Source: the human T2T-CHM13v2.0 reference genome, Homo sapiens. From it: a stretch of DNA of 64,000 nt. This document shows, one piece after another, positions 1 to 13,000 of the stretch (positions within the stretch are counted from its first letter, which is position 1; the number at the start of each line of letters is the position of its first letter). The notes under the pieces were generated by a model that did not search any database, had not been told where the DNA came from, and worked only from the letters and a program-made list of their open reading frames with translations. The position numbers were made by a program, and so were the translations under genes. The stretch lies in the NCBI RefSeq assembly GCF_009914755.1, contig NC_060947.1; one strand, given 5' to 3'.

Positions 1-39
1 ACCCTTAGTATATGTCTTTTCAAAAATTGTTGTACTGAA

Positions 40-460
40 TTCTTGGAGGCCTCTTTTATTCTAGAGACTTATGTGTCCTTTCTGGGATGATTGCTTATAT
101 GAGTACTTTGATAATTTCTCCTCCTGTAATTTTGTTCTCTTTTTCTGAAATCACAGTTGATTGGATATTGGGTCTTCTGGATCAATCCTCTTAGGTTTCT
201 CAGTCTTTTCTCTTCTATTTTCCATCTCTTTGTAAGTTCTACTTTCTGGGGAGATTTTCCTTACTTTATCATCTAAACCATTTGACTTTTAAAATTGTAG
301 ATATGCAATTTTAATTTCTCAGAGGTTTATTCTTTCTGGCTCTTCTTTTAAAATGCCATTCTCTTCCTTTTTTGTGGTTATATAGCTTCTCTTATCTCTC
401 TGAGGATGTTAATTACATCTGTTTGAGATTTTCTTCTGTTCTTTGCATTGTCTTTATTTC
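40..460 (-). mobile_element. Ancient L1 (L1M/L1ME-like) fragment
   Basis: T-rich degenerate antisense-L1-like sequence (ttggatattgggtcttctggatcaatcctc); boundaries approximate. Confidence 0.5.
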
Positions 461-493
461 CTCTGGATTCTATTTTTCCCTTTGACTGAATGG

Positions 494-617
494 CTTTCTC
501 TTTCTTCCTTCTTTCCTTTTCTTCCCTTCCCTCCATCTCTCCCTTCCTTCCTTCTCCTGTTTTCTTCCCTCCCTTCCCTTTTTCTTCCCTTCCTCCTTCT
601 CCCCCCTTTCCCCTCCC
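494..617. repeat. CT-rich polypyrimidine low-complexity tract
   Basis: About 120 bp of almost only C/T (ttcc/tccc units); explains the Phe/Leu/Pro/Ser ORF 443-715. Confidence 0.9.
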
Positions 618-828
618 AATCTTGGGAGCCAGGGGTTGATTTTGGATCTGAGTGTTTAACCTTTTGTGATCATAGCTTAATATGCTTAATTATGTGGAGA
701 CTGTACTGTATGTAAAGCTTCTCACTCTTGGCTGACCATGGGCCTTGATTTTAACGCCTCTCAATCAATATCCAAGTGTGGTATAAGCAAATGCCTTCTG
801 GGCATAAGTGGCTTCGGTACTCTATTAG

Positions 829-1160
<332 letters not shown>

Positions 1161-1945
1161 TAGTAGTACTCTTATCTCTCTGGATCTTTCACCTAAAATT
1201 TAGTCTTCGAGTTTAGCTATTTTGATGCGTTTAAGGTGATTAAAACAATTTTATCCAGGGTTTTAATTTCTGTTTTCAAAGGATAGTTTTATCTGAATAA
1301 CCTTATGCACCATTACTGAAAACATGAAGTCCTACTTTGATATTTATATTCCCTTTGAGTATGAAGTATTGGTGATTATACTAAGGAATATATATTTAAT
1401 TTCTAAGACTTTATTATACATAATTCTTTAACCCTTGGTGAGTTCAGTTAACCCAAGTTCTTTTCAGTTCTCCTTTCCCCATATTCAAAGAAACTCTTAC
1501 CTACTAGGCATGTAATCTCTCATTAAGAGGTATTAACACCCTCTCTGCCTGCTTCTAGGGTTTCACTATTTTCATCTTAATACAAATAATGTATATGATG
1601 GGTAATTTTAATGTGTCAATGTGACTGGGCTAAGGGATGCCTGGACAGCTGGTAAAACATGATTTCTGTGTGTGTCTGTGAGGGTGTTTCTGGAAGAGAT
1701 TAGCATTTGAATCAGTAGACTAATTAAAGAAGATCCATCCTCAACAAGGTGGGTAGCATCATCCAGGCCACTGAGGGCTCAGATAAATGAAAAAGACAGA
1801 GAAAAGTCAAATTATCTCTCTCTGTGAGCTGGAACATCCTTATTTTCCTGCCTTTGGACAGTAGAGCTCCTGGTTCTCAGGCTTTCAGCCTCAGACTGGG
1901 AGTCCCCTGGTTCTCAGGTCTTCAGACTTGGATTGAATTACACCA

Positions 1946-2337
1946 TGATATGGTTAGGATCTGTGTACTCACCCAAATCTCATGTTGAATTGTAATCCCC
2001 TGTGTTGGAGGTGGGCCTTGGTGGGAGGTGATTGGATCATGGGGGCAGATTTCCCCCTTGGTGTTGTTCTCATGATAGTGAGTGATATCTCCTGAGATCT
2101 GGTCATTTGAAAGTGTGTGGCACCTCTTCCTTCTGCTCTAGCCTTGTGAAGTGCTGGCTCTCCCTTTACCTTCTGACAAGATTGTAAGTTTCCAGAGGCC
2201 TCCCCCAAAGCCAAGTAAATGCCAGCATCATGCTTCCTGTGCAGCTTGTGGAACCATGAGTGAATTAAACCTTTTTTCTTTATAAACTACCCAGTCTCAG
2301 GTATTTCTTTATAGCAATGTGAGAATGGACCAATATA
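1946..2337 (+). mobile_element. MSTA/MSTB MaLR solo LTR
   Basis: tgatatggttagg...cccagtctcaggtatttctttatagca; 5-bp TSD CACCA (1941-1945, 2338-2342). Confidence 0.92.
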
Positions 2338-2448
2338 CACCACTAGCTTTTCTGTGTCTTCAGCTTGCAGATGGCATATCATGGAACTTCTCAGCTTCCA
2401 TAATTGCAGGGCCAATTCCCATAATAAGTCTTCTCTTATATATTTATA

Positions 2449-2780
2449 CAGTTGACCCTCCATATCCAAAGATTCCACATTCATGGTTTCAACCAATTGT
2501 GGGTCAAAAATATTTGTGGAAAAACAATAAAAATAGCAATACAATAATAAAAAAATACAAATTTTAAAACAGTATAAAAACCATTTAGATAGCATTTACA
2601 TTGTATTAGGTGTTATACTTAACCCAGAGATGGTTTAAAGTATACGGGAGGATGTGCTTAGATTATATGCAAATACCATGGCATCTGATATAAGGGACTT
2701 GAACATTTGTGGATTTTGGTATCTGTAGGGGGTGGAGGGGGTTTTGGAACTAATCCCTTGCAGATACTGAGGGATACCTG
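2449..2780 (+). mobile_element. Tigger3-family MITE (TcMar)
   Basis: Terminal inverted ends cagttgaccctccatatc / gatactgagggatacctg, TA on both sides. Confidence 0.85.
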
Positions 2781-4269
2781 TATATATACTGTTGGTACTG
2801 TTTCTCTGGGTAACTGTAATACAATTTATCAGATTAACTTGGTGGTATTTCAGAAAGCAAAGACCCTGCTCTCAGTAAATGGTATATAAGCCGGGTAAGT
2901 TTCAGTAGGATTGGAAATGAGAAAGTAGTGGTCCTAGTAGTAGGCCCTTCTAGATGTTCTAGCAATAAGGACAGTTATTGGAAGAGATAGATGTGGAGAA
3001 CAAAATGAGATGATAGGTTTGGGGAGGGAAACACAAAATGCACTTGGGAATGTAAACTAATACTCATTTAGTATTTGCTAGGTGCCACGCCAATGCTAGA
3101 GACTTTGCATAGGCTATTTCTTTTAATGAGGTACTAGAGGGAAAGAATACAAAAGTCACTTGTCTTAAGATACTTAATAATTTTATCTTGCTGGTGATAG
3201 CTCATACCTTAATGCTTGGCCCTAAAACCATTTCCAAAAGCTAAGGGTCAAGGGAAAGTCAAATGTAAAATTGCCGCATCTGACTTTTGGTGATAACAGT
3301 CATGTCTCCATTAATAAATGGAGCAAAGAAGAACTCAAGAAATGACCCCTATTAAAAACCTCTTTGGAGCCGCTAATAAATAGCAGAATGTATTCATTCG
3401 AATTTCATATTTTTTGGCTAATGCATAACCTCTGTGAAGCCTTGCAAAACTATTAAAGGGCCAAAAGTGAGCAGTGGGGATGCTTGGATCATCCTCGGAT
3501 CGGATAATCAAGTTATTGTTAGTTTATGGAATTCATTTTCATGGTGGCAAAAGTGGGAGCTGTAGTTTATAGATCTTTTTCCTCTTGGAGCCTCTTATAG
3601 TAGTAAATACCACATCTACAAATGTAGCTTTGTGTAATCCCTGGTTCTGGCATTTAGGCAGGGTTTGCACCATAGAGTCCGAGGGGAAGAATTGACAAGT
3701 GCAGCATTAAATGTTAGTTAGTTCAGCCTTGTTCATAGCAATTGCTTTAGCTTTCAAAAGCTAAAACCTTTAGCTGTTACAGCACTGATTGGAGGTAAAG
3801 AGCTGGCTCTCAGGAGAATACTTGTTGAAAAGAACAGGACTGTGTGGCTTTGCCTCTTTAAAAATTCTACTGCTAAACCCTAGGTTGCCCTGCCTCCTTG
3901 CTATTTTTGTCCATTGGCAATTTCCCCTTGAAATGCTATCATCTAATTCTTCCCCAGGCTTTACTCAACCATGTGTTGAACTGCTAAATGCTGCTTCAGC
4001 TAATGTCACCATTCAACATAGAGCAATCTCTGTGCAGTCTCTAGAAACTGCAGGAAGAAAACCCTAATCCCCCTCCAACCTCTGAGGCAAATAGCCCTCA
4101 CTGTGAAGACTACAAAGATTTTGCTCACAACAGTTTTAGGGTAAAGCCAGAAATCACACAGTAAACTTTCAGGAATTCATTGATGGTATATATTTTCTCT
4201 TGACAGAACTGGCTTCCCTTCAACTGGCTATAATAGCATCACTCCTTAGATTCGTGCCTGGATTTTTCA

Positions 4270-4460
4270 TCTTACCAGACATAATGGTAAGGGCTTTATA
4301 TACATCCTGTTTAACAGTACAACAACTTACGGAAGAAGCATTATTCCCCTCATTTTATGGGAGGAACCTGTGACTCAGAGACTTTTAGTGCTATTAGTGA
4401 GTTCCTAACCAAGTTCAGTCTGGCTTCAAAGCCTGTGCACTTCCAACTCTACCTTGTAGC
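4270..4460 (-). mobile_element. MIR
   Basis: MIR core-like attattcccctcattttatgggaggaacctgtgactcagaga. Confidence 0.7.
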
Positions 4461-4784
4461 TCTTGCTGTCCATCTGAAAGAATTTCTCATCCAGGAATAT
4501 TGCAGGCTGAGAACAGTATTGAAATAATTGATTCTCTTGGGAGTTTCCGTATGGTGGACCTAGTTCTGCAGTTTATGGTTGGGGAATTGGCAAATGAGTG
4601 TGTATTTTTGTTACAGGGTTTCCCTGTTTCCTCGGAAAAGGACAAAAACTATGTCCATGTATATCAAGGGAAGAAATGAAGACATGACAAAAAAAATAGC
4701 TACAGCATGATTAAGAGGATTTTCAATTATTAGACTCTTGCTTGGAGATTTATTTGATTCTTTGAACAAATAATTATTAAATAC

Positions 4785-5363
4785 TGTATTAAGTCAGGGT
4801 TCTTCAGAGGGACAGAACCAATAGCATATATAGAAAAGGGAGTTTATTAGGGAGAATTGGCTCACATGATTACAAGGTGAAGTCTGATGATAGGCTGTCT
4901 GCAAGCAGGGGAAAGAGAGAAGCTGGCAGCATGGCTCCGTCCAAGTCCGCAAGCCTCAAAACCAGGGAGACTGACAGTGCCGCCCTTAGTCTGAGGCTGA
5001 AGGCCCAAGAGCCCCTGGGAGGCTGCTGGTGCAAGTCCCAGAGTCCAAAGGCCAAAGAACTTGGAGTCTGATGTCCAAGGGCAGGAAGAGTGGAAGCCAA
5101 GTGTCAGGCATGGCATGGGAAGAGAGAGAGCGAGAGGACTCAGGAAACTGCTTATCCCTTCTTCTTGCTTTCTTCTAGCCATACTGGCAGCTGATTGAAT
5201 GGTACCCTCCGACATTGAGAGTGGGTCTTCCTCACCCAGTCCACTGACTCAAGTGTCAATCTCCTCTGGCAGCACCCTTACAGACACACCCAGAACTACA
5301 CTTCACCAGCTGTCTATGCATCCCTCAATCCAGTCAAGTTGACGCATAATATTAACCATCACA
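4785..5363 (-). mobile_element. MLT2B-like ERVL solo LTR
   Basis: tgtattaagtcagggttcttcagagggacagaac...aatattaaccatcaca; TSD AATAC (4780-4784, 5364-5368). Confidence 0.92.
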
Positions 5364-5448
5364 AATACCTATTGTACCAGGCATAGTTCTGGCACTGGGA
5401 AGTGGTGAGCAAAACAGCCAAAAAAAAAAAAAAAATTCCTGCCCTCCT

Positions 5449-5488
5449 GGCGCTTGTAATCCCAGCTACTCGGGAAGCTGAGGCAGGA
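5449..5488 (+). mobile_element. Internal 40-bp Alu right-arm fragment
   Basis: ggcgcttgtaatcccagctactcgggaagctgaggcagga closely matches the Alu consensus; no tail. Confidence 0.85.
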
Positions 5489-5840
5489 CCATGGTGCTTA
5501 CATTCCAATAGGAATAGCAGGAAGACAGATTATACACAAAGTAAAACTATGTAGTGTATTAGATGGTGATAAATAGGCATGTAGCAGCATTTAGCTTTTG
5601 CTTCACTACTTGTTCCAAATTGGCTTTGTCATTGGCATTTTGAAATCCAAATAGCCACTTCAGTGTCATTTCTGGCACCCCTGATCTTATGTGAGACCAC
5701 TGGTCATGTGATCATATAGGTTATCATTAAATAGAATGAACATAAATAACATCAATAAAATAAAAAGGCATACCATTTGGACTTGTTAATATATAGTGTT
5801 CCAGGTGACTTAGAGTATAAAAGCGTCTTATATTTGATAT

Positions 5841-6284
5841 TGTGTTAGAGCCCTGAGGCTGCTGTAACAAAGTATCTCATACTGGTGGCTCAGACAACAG
5901 AAATCTGTTGTCTCACAGTTCTGGGGTCTAGAAGTTCAAAATCAAGGTATTTTTAGGGTTAGTTTCTCCTGAGAGCTGTGAGGAAATAATCTGTCCAATT
6001 TCTAGCTTCACTCCTAGCGTCCAGTAGCATCATGTGTTCCTTGGCTTGTAGATGTCATTTTCCCAGTGTCTTTACATCATCTTCCCTCTGTAGGTGTCTG
6101 TCCTTGTGTGCAAATTTTCCCTTTTTATGAGAATACCAATTGTATTGAATTAGGACTTACCCTAATGGCCTCAACTTAACATGATCATATGAAAAGACTG
6201 CATTTCCAAATATGCTCATATTCATAGGTCTTGGGGGTTAGGATCTTAATATATTTTTTAGGGGGTCTAATTCAACCTATAACA
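5841..6284 (-). mobile_element. MLT1 (A-C-like) MaLR LTR
   Basis: gctgctgtaacaaagta...tctcacagttctgg...ttcaacctataaca. Confidence 0.85.
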
Positions 6285-6525
6285 GATATATTGATATATT
6301 TAAATTATATCATCAGTTGAAGTTTAAATGTGTATTTGGTATTGTAAGACTAAGGTGCTATAATAATTACGGATGAATGTAAAAATGATTAATTTTTATA
6401 CAAACCAATTAAGATCTTTTGAAGATTTAAATAGGGATATTCACAGATAATATGAATAGTAAGAGTGTGTCAGCCAGATAACTTTAGAAAGATCATTAAA
6501 TACTTTTTGGACCAACAGAATTTCT

Positions 6526-7908
6526 CTCTTTTTAACTTTTATTTTAGGTTTGAGGGTATACGTGAAGGTTTGTCACATAGATAAACACATGTCATGGGGG
6601 TTTGTTGTACATATTATTTCATCTCCCAGGTATTAAGCTCAGTACCTGATAGTTATCTTTTCTGCTTCTCTTCCTCCTCCCATCCTCCCCCTCAAGTAGA
6701 CCCCAGTGTCTCTTATTTCCTTCTTTGTGTTCATAAGTTCTTATCATTTAGCTCCCACTTATAAATGACAACATGCAGTATTTGGTTTTCTGTTCCTGTA
6801 TTAGTTTGCTAAGGATAATACCCTCCAGCTCCATCCATATTCCTGCAAAAGACATGATCTCGTTCTTTTTAATGGCTGCATATTCCATTTTATGGCTGCA
6901 TGTTCTTTTTAAGGCTGCATAGTATTCCACGGTGTATATGTATCACATTTTCTTTATCCAGTCTGTCATTGATGGGCATTTAGGTTTTTTCCATGTCTTT
7001 GCTATTGCGAATAGTGCTGCAGTGAACATTCGCATGCATGTGTCTTTATGGTAGAATGATTTATATTCCTTTGGGTATATACCCAGTAATGGGATTGCTA
7101 GGTTGAATGGTACTTCTGCTTTTCACTCTTTGAGGAATCGCCATTCTGCTTTCCACAATGGCTGAACTAATTTACACTCTTACCAACAATGTGTAAGTGT
7201 TCCCTTTTCTCTGCAACCTCTCCAGAATCTGTGATTTTTTGGCTTTTTAATAGTAGCCATTCTGACTGGAGTGAGATGGTATCTCCCTGTGGTTTTGATT
7301 TGCATTTCTTTAATGATCAGTGATGTTAAGCTTTTTCTATGTGCTTGTTGGTCACATATATGTCTTCTTTTGAGAAGCGTTTGTCCATGTCCTTTGCCCA
7401 CTTTTTAATGGGGTTGTTTGTTTTTCCTTTGTAAATTTGTTTAAGTTCCTTATAGATGCTGGATATTAGACCTTGGTCAGATGCATAGTTTGCAGATATT
7501 TTCTCCTATTCTGTAGGTTGTCTGTTTACTCTATGGATAGTTTCTTTTGCTGTGCAGAAGCTCTTAAGTTTAATTAGATCCCATTGTCAATTTTTGCTTT
7601 TGTTGTGATTGCTTTTGGTATGTTTGTCATGAAAATCTTTGCCCATTCCTCTATCCAGGATGGTGTTGCCTGGATTGTCTTCCAGGATTTTTGCAGTTTT
7701 GGGTTTTACATTTAAGTTTTTAATCCATCTTGAGTTGATTTTTGTGTATGGTGTAAGGAAGGGGTCCAGCTTCAATCTTCTGCATATGGCTAGCCAGTTA
7801 TCCCAGCACCATTTATTGAATAGGGAATCTTTTCCCCATTTTTTTGGTCAGCTTTGTTGAAGATCAGATGGTCATAGATGTGCAGCCTTATTTCTGGGCT
7901 TTCTATTC
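6526..7908 (-). mobile_element. 5'-truncated L1 (old L1PA/L1PB): 3' UTR plus ORF2 C-terminus
   Basis: ORF2 remnants ([18 protein letters not shown]; YHLTPVRMA); TSD TGGACCAACAG(A/G)ATTTCT at 6508-6525 and 7909-7926. Confidence 0.95.
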
Positions 7909-8152
7909 TGGACCAACAGGATTTCTAAATATGTAAATAAAAATACAAAGCAAATAATAGAGGTAATCTTTATTGAATTTTTAGGGATGCTAACATTTAT
8001 AGCACCAAACAAAATAATCTTTAAGAATGGTATAGGTTATTCTGATCTTTTGGCTTCCTGAGGGACAGAATGCTTTTAAGGGGTAGGTCTTTATTCCATA
8101 TATTCCAAAAAGAGTATATATATTTTTATAACTATGAAATTCCTATGCTCTT

Positions 8153-9172
8153 TGTGGCAGATTGAATCATTGGTTTTAATTCTTTAATCTCTTTGCTATG
8201 GCCTTATGGGAGACAGAATTATTATCTGCTTCTTGACTTTGGGCTTGGCTCTATGACTTGTTTAAGTGAATGGGATATGAAGGGGTCCAGAATATGCCAC
8301 TGTACAATATGCCACTTTAGCATAAGGATTATTTGGAGCCAGAAGACAATTGAGAATCAACAAATACAGGAAAAATTATCTGTCCTCCCTTTAGCTGCCT
8401 AAAATCGGGGCAAAAATTTCCTTTGTGAAGGTGGCATAAATTTCCCTCCGTCTCCTGCACCAGGATGAGGAGAGTGACCCCTGTCACTGGAGAGCTGACA
8501 CTGAAATGAGTCTGCACAAACAAACCTAACTAATTAACCCTTTTCTTCCACTAGGATCCCATAATTTATTCCCACAATTTATTGACCCGAGAAGTCCAAA
8601 CCTTCTTTCTTTTGTCTAATCACTTCTCTATAATTTTTTTTGCCCTTTGTTATAATGGTATATAGGCTGCCAAGTCTAACCACTTATTTGGGTTATCACT
8701 TCTTTTCTGTGAAGTCTCTGTGCACCTAAAATTAAACATATTAATACAACTTGTAGTCCTCTTTTGTTCTTAATCTGTATATTGTCAGTTTAATTGGCAG
8801 GCTCCAGCCACTAAACATGAGAGGGTAAAATAAAAGTTATTTGCCCTCCTCTACAGATGTTAGTGGATGTGATGCAAGCAAAGATTTGAAATGTGCTTGT
8901 ATAATTAACTTGGCTCCCTTGAACTCCTGCCTTTCACCATGAGAAGAATATGTTTTTGATAGCTCCTGTCCAAGAAGGAAGGAGGGACATGTGGAGCAGA
9001 CGTGGACCTAACTCATAGCCTTGAGTCAAGCACATCTGAACTCAGTCTGTATTAGTAAAATACAGTTGCCCTATAGATGCATGAGCAAGAAATATGTGCT
9101 TATTGTTGAATGCCATTGAGATTTGTGCAGGTGTTTGTTATGTAGCATATTGTGACAGTGGCTAAGTGTTAC
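8153..9172 (+). mobile_element. MLT1G/H/I-like MaLR LTR interrupted by MER34
   Basis: gactttgggcttggctctatgacttg...gatgttagtggatgtgatgcaagc...ttgttatgtagca. Confidence 0.75.
8278..8855 (+). mobile_element. MER34-family ERV1 solo LTR
   Basis: tgaaggggtccagaatatgccac...gcataaggattattt; ends ctctaca; 4-bp flanks GATA/GATG. Confidence 0.8.
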
Positions 9173-10083
9173 GCTATTATTGCAGAGTACTTAAGCCTTT
9201 AGTTATTATATTTCTCACTGAAATAATCCAACAAGTTGAAGTCTTACCAGTTAGACCTACTATATGATTGAACTTCTCAATAAGTTGTTATTATCATTTG
9301 CAAGTCGCCATGGTGATCACGAGATAACTTTGGGGTAAAGGGAATGGTAACTTTATTTTTTGAAACAATACTATGATTTTTAAAAATTCTGGTTTTGTAT
9401 ACTTTTTCAAATGGTGTCTCTTTAATATGGGTTTCACTTTTTCAGAGAGTGATCATCATCAGCTGTACATGAGAAGCTACTTTTTCAAAAGATTGCTCGA
9501 ATATACTTGGGAGTTGTTCACAGTATGGTAGATCCACTGCTTTTTAGTCTTCAGTAGCTTTTTGTTCTTCAAGAGCTCATCTTGATTACTTAAGAGTTGT
9601 GGTTCTATCCTTTTTCTTTGCAAGAAACTGTTTCTGAGTAGACTATAAAATAAGAGAAAAATGTGTCTTATTTCCTGTGATCCTTTAGTGTGAATTTGAA
9701 CAACAAATTCTAATCTTGGTAAAAGAAGAAAAATATCTTGTTAATCTATGTCAAATTCACAAGGAGTTACATTATGAAATGTTCAGTCTTCCAAGTGAGA
9801 GAAGAGCTGTATCTGTTCCTGGCAGGGCATTGATAAATGGTTCAAATATGTGGCATTTTTAGTTTTCAAACTCATTCTGTATAGATGATAATTTTCTAAT
9901 GTATTATGTAGAAATGATGAATCATACTGTTACAGCAACACTTCTGGAATAATATTCTAAGAAATTTAAACTTATTCAAGTGGTATTATATTTACTATAT
10001 CAATTTTTGAAAAAAAGACCTATAAAGAACTAATAGCACAATTTACTTAATATGTGTAGGCTTTAAAATTAAAATGAAGGACA

Positions 10084-13000
10084 GGAGGGCAGAGCAAGAT
10101 AGCGGAATAGAAGCCTGCAGGAACAGTTCATACCCCTGCAGGAACACCAAGTTTTAACAGCCATCTACATATAGAAAAGCACCACCACAAGGACCAAAAA
10201 TCAGGTGAGCAATCACAGTAGCTCATTTTAACTTCCTGTCATTGAAAGAGGCATTGAGGAGGGTCAGGGAGACAGTCTTGAGTCACCGGTGTACCCCCAA
10301 CCCCTCACCTGCAGCAACTGTGTGGCACCGAGAGAGAGGAGTCTGTGCACTTGAAGGAGAGACCACTGTGACTGGGGGACATCACATTGTACCCAGTGCT
10401 GCCCTGTCATAGCGGAGAACAAAGCAATGCTGCTCAGCCAGTGTCCACACATGGAAAGAACATTTGGATTAGGCCTAGCCAGAGGGGAATTGCCCATTCC
10501 ATCGTTTGGACTTGAGTTTCTCAGCAAGCCTCGCCACTGCAGACCAAAGTGCCCTGGGGTCCTGGGTAAACTTGAAAGGCAGTCTGTAACACAAGGCCTG
10601 AAATTCCTAGGCAACTCTTAATGCTGGGCTGGGCTCAGAGCCAGAGGACTAGGGTGGCACGTGACCTAGAAAGGCTAAAGGAGTCCTTGTATCATCCCTC
10701 CCCCACCCCCAGCAGTGTGCGGCTCACAGCAAAAAGTGTCTCCTTCCTTCTGTTTAAGGGGAGGAGAGTGAAGAGTAAAGAGGTCTTTGTTTTGCATCTT
10801 GGATACCATCTCAGCCACAGTAGAATAGGGCACTGGACAGTCATGAGGCCCCCATCCCGGGCCCCAGCTCTCATACTACATATCTAGATAAACCCTGCTA
10901 GGAAACCTATTGCCATGAAGAGAAGGACCTGGTCCTGGCAGGATTCCTCACCTGTGACTAAAGAGCTCTTGGGACATGAATAACCAGCAGTGATACCCAG
11001 GTAGTACACCATGGGCCTTGGGGTCTGAGATGTGCTGACTACAGGTGTGACCCCGTACATTCCCAGGTATGGTGACTATGGTGAAAGACTCCTTCTGTTT
11101 GAGAGAAGCAGAGGGAGAAAAGTAGAGGACTTTGTCTTGCACTTTAGGTACCATACAAAAATCAGTAGCATTTCTATATGTCAACAGTAAAAAATCTGAA
11201 AAATAAAAGAAATTAAAAAGTAGGCATTAACTAAAGTAGTGAGAGTTCTCGACAACATTGATAAAAGAAATTGAAGAGGACATCCCTGCCCAAAAAAAGG
11301 AAAAAATATTGCATGTTCATGGGCTGGAAGAATCAATATTGTTAAAATGTCCATACTACCCAAAGTCATATACAGATTCAATATAATTCCTATCAAAGTA
11401 CCAGTGACATTCTTCACAGAAATAGACAAAACAACCCTAAAATTTATGTGGACTACAAAAGACCCAGAATAGCCAAAGCCATCCTAAGCAAAAAGAATGA
11501 AACTTGAGGAATCACGTTACCTGACTTCAAATTATACTACGGAGCTATAGTAACCCAAAAAGCATGGCACTGGCATAAAACAGACACATAAATAAATGGA
11601 ACAGAATAGAGACCCAGAAACAAATCCACACACCTACAGTGAACTTATTTTTGACAAAGGTGCCAAGAACATACACTGGAGAAAGACAGTCTCTTCAATA
11701 AATGGTGCTGGGAAAACTGGATATCCATATGCAAAAGAATGGAACTAGACCCCTATCTCTCACCATATAAAAAAAATCAAATCAAAGTGAATTAAAGACT
11801 TAAATCTAAGACCCCAAAATATGAAACTCCTACAAGGAAACATTGAGGAAAACCTCCAGGACATTGGTCTGGGCAAAAATTTCTTGAGCAATAACTTACA
11901 AGCACAAGCAACCAAAGCAAAAATGGACAATGGGATCACATCAAATTAAAAAGCTTCTGCACAGCAAAGGATACAATCAACAAAGTGAAGAGACAACCCA
12001 CAGAATGGGAGAAAATATTTGCAAACTACCCATCTGCCAAGGGATTAATAACCAGAATATATAAAGACCTTAAGCGACTCTACAAGAAAAAAACCATTGG
12101 ATATCTATCCATATTGATATATATGGATATTTTAAATACTATTCCATTATTTGTATGTACTCAAATGCATTTAACTAGTTCATATTGATGGAGCATTTAG
12201 GATGTGTGTGTGTGTGTATGTGTTTTCTGTTACAAAAATGCCACATAAAGCACACATTTCAGAAATCTTCAGTTACTTAAGTAAATGTAGGACAAACTCT
12301 TCAAAGTGGAATTGTGGGATCAAAGGTACATAGCTTTAAAATCTTGATACATGCTGCCGAATTGTCCTTCTAAATGTTTCTAACTATTTATACTCCCACA
12401 GACAGTGTATGAGAGTGTCTCTGTTTCCTGCCAACCTCAGCAACAATTAATATTAACAGGCTTATAAATCTTTGGCAACCCAATAGGTGAAAAATCATTT
12501 CTAATTATTATTTTAATTTGCTTCATTTAGTGCCAGTCGTATGTACTTCTTTTCTGTGACCAAATTCTTCATTCTTAGCTTTTGCCCATTTTACTTTAAG
12601 GTCGTCTTGTTGGTTTATAATGGCTCTTTATATTAGGGATGTTATGCTTTTGTCATAAATGACACAGATGCAGGCCTTTTTTATTTGTATGTAAATAAAA
12701 AAGCTTTTCATCTTAAAAAAAAAAGAAAAAAACCCTAATAATCCGATCTAAAAATGGGGAAAAGATTTAGACATTTCTCAAAAGAAGACATGCAAATGGC
12801 AAACAGACATATGAAAAAGTGCTCATCATTGATCATCAAAGAAATGCAAATTGAAACTACAATGAGATATCATCCCACCCCAGTTACAATGCCTTATATC
12901 CAAAAGACAGACAATAACAAATGCTGGAGAGGAGGTGGAGAAAAGGGGAATCCTGGTTCGCTGTTGGTGGGAATGTAAATTGGTACAATCACTATGGAGA

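Larger units (their letters stand above)
1594..2823 (+). mobile_element. MLT2 (C/D-like) ERVL solo LTR, interrupted by MST and Tigger3
   Basis: Starts tatgatgggtaattttaatgtgtcaa, ends gtaataca; body resumes after each insert; flanks ATGTA/ATTTA. Confidence 0.85.
4750..5580 (-). mobile_element. L2 3' end fragment, interrupted by MLT2B and a short Alu piece
   Basis: aacaaataattattaaatac|ctattgtaccaggcatagttctggcactggg...catggtgcttacattc. Confidence 0.65.

Noticed and set aside
443-715. 90-aa hydrophobic ORF
   Set aside because: Translation of the CT-rich low-complexity tract; starts at TTG.
3747-3768. Short inverted repeat tttagcttt-ca-aaagctaaa
   Set aside because: A 9-bp AT-rich stem is expected by chance; too short for a pre-miRNA.
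9446-9527. Possible exon after tttcactttttcag
   Set aside because: Only weak donors, two frames closed, and the open-frame peptide is unrecognisable.
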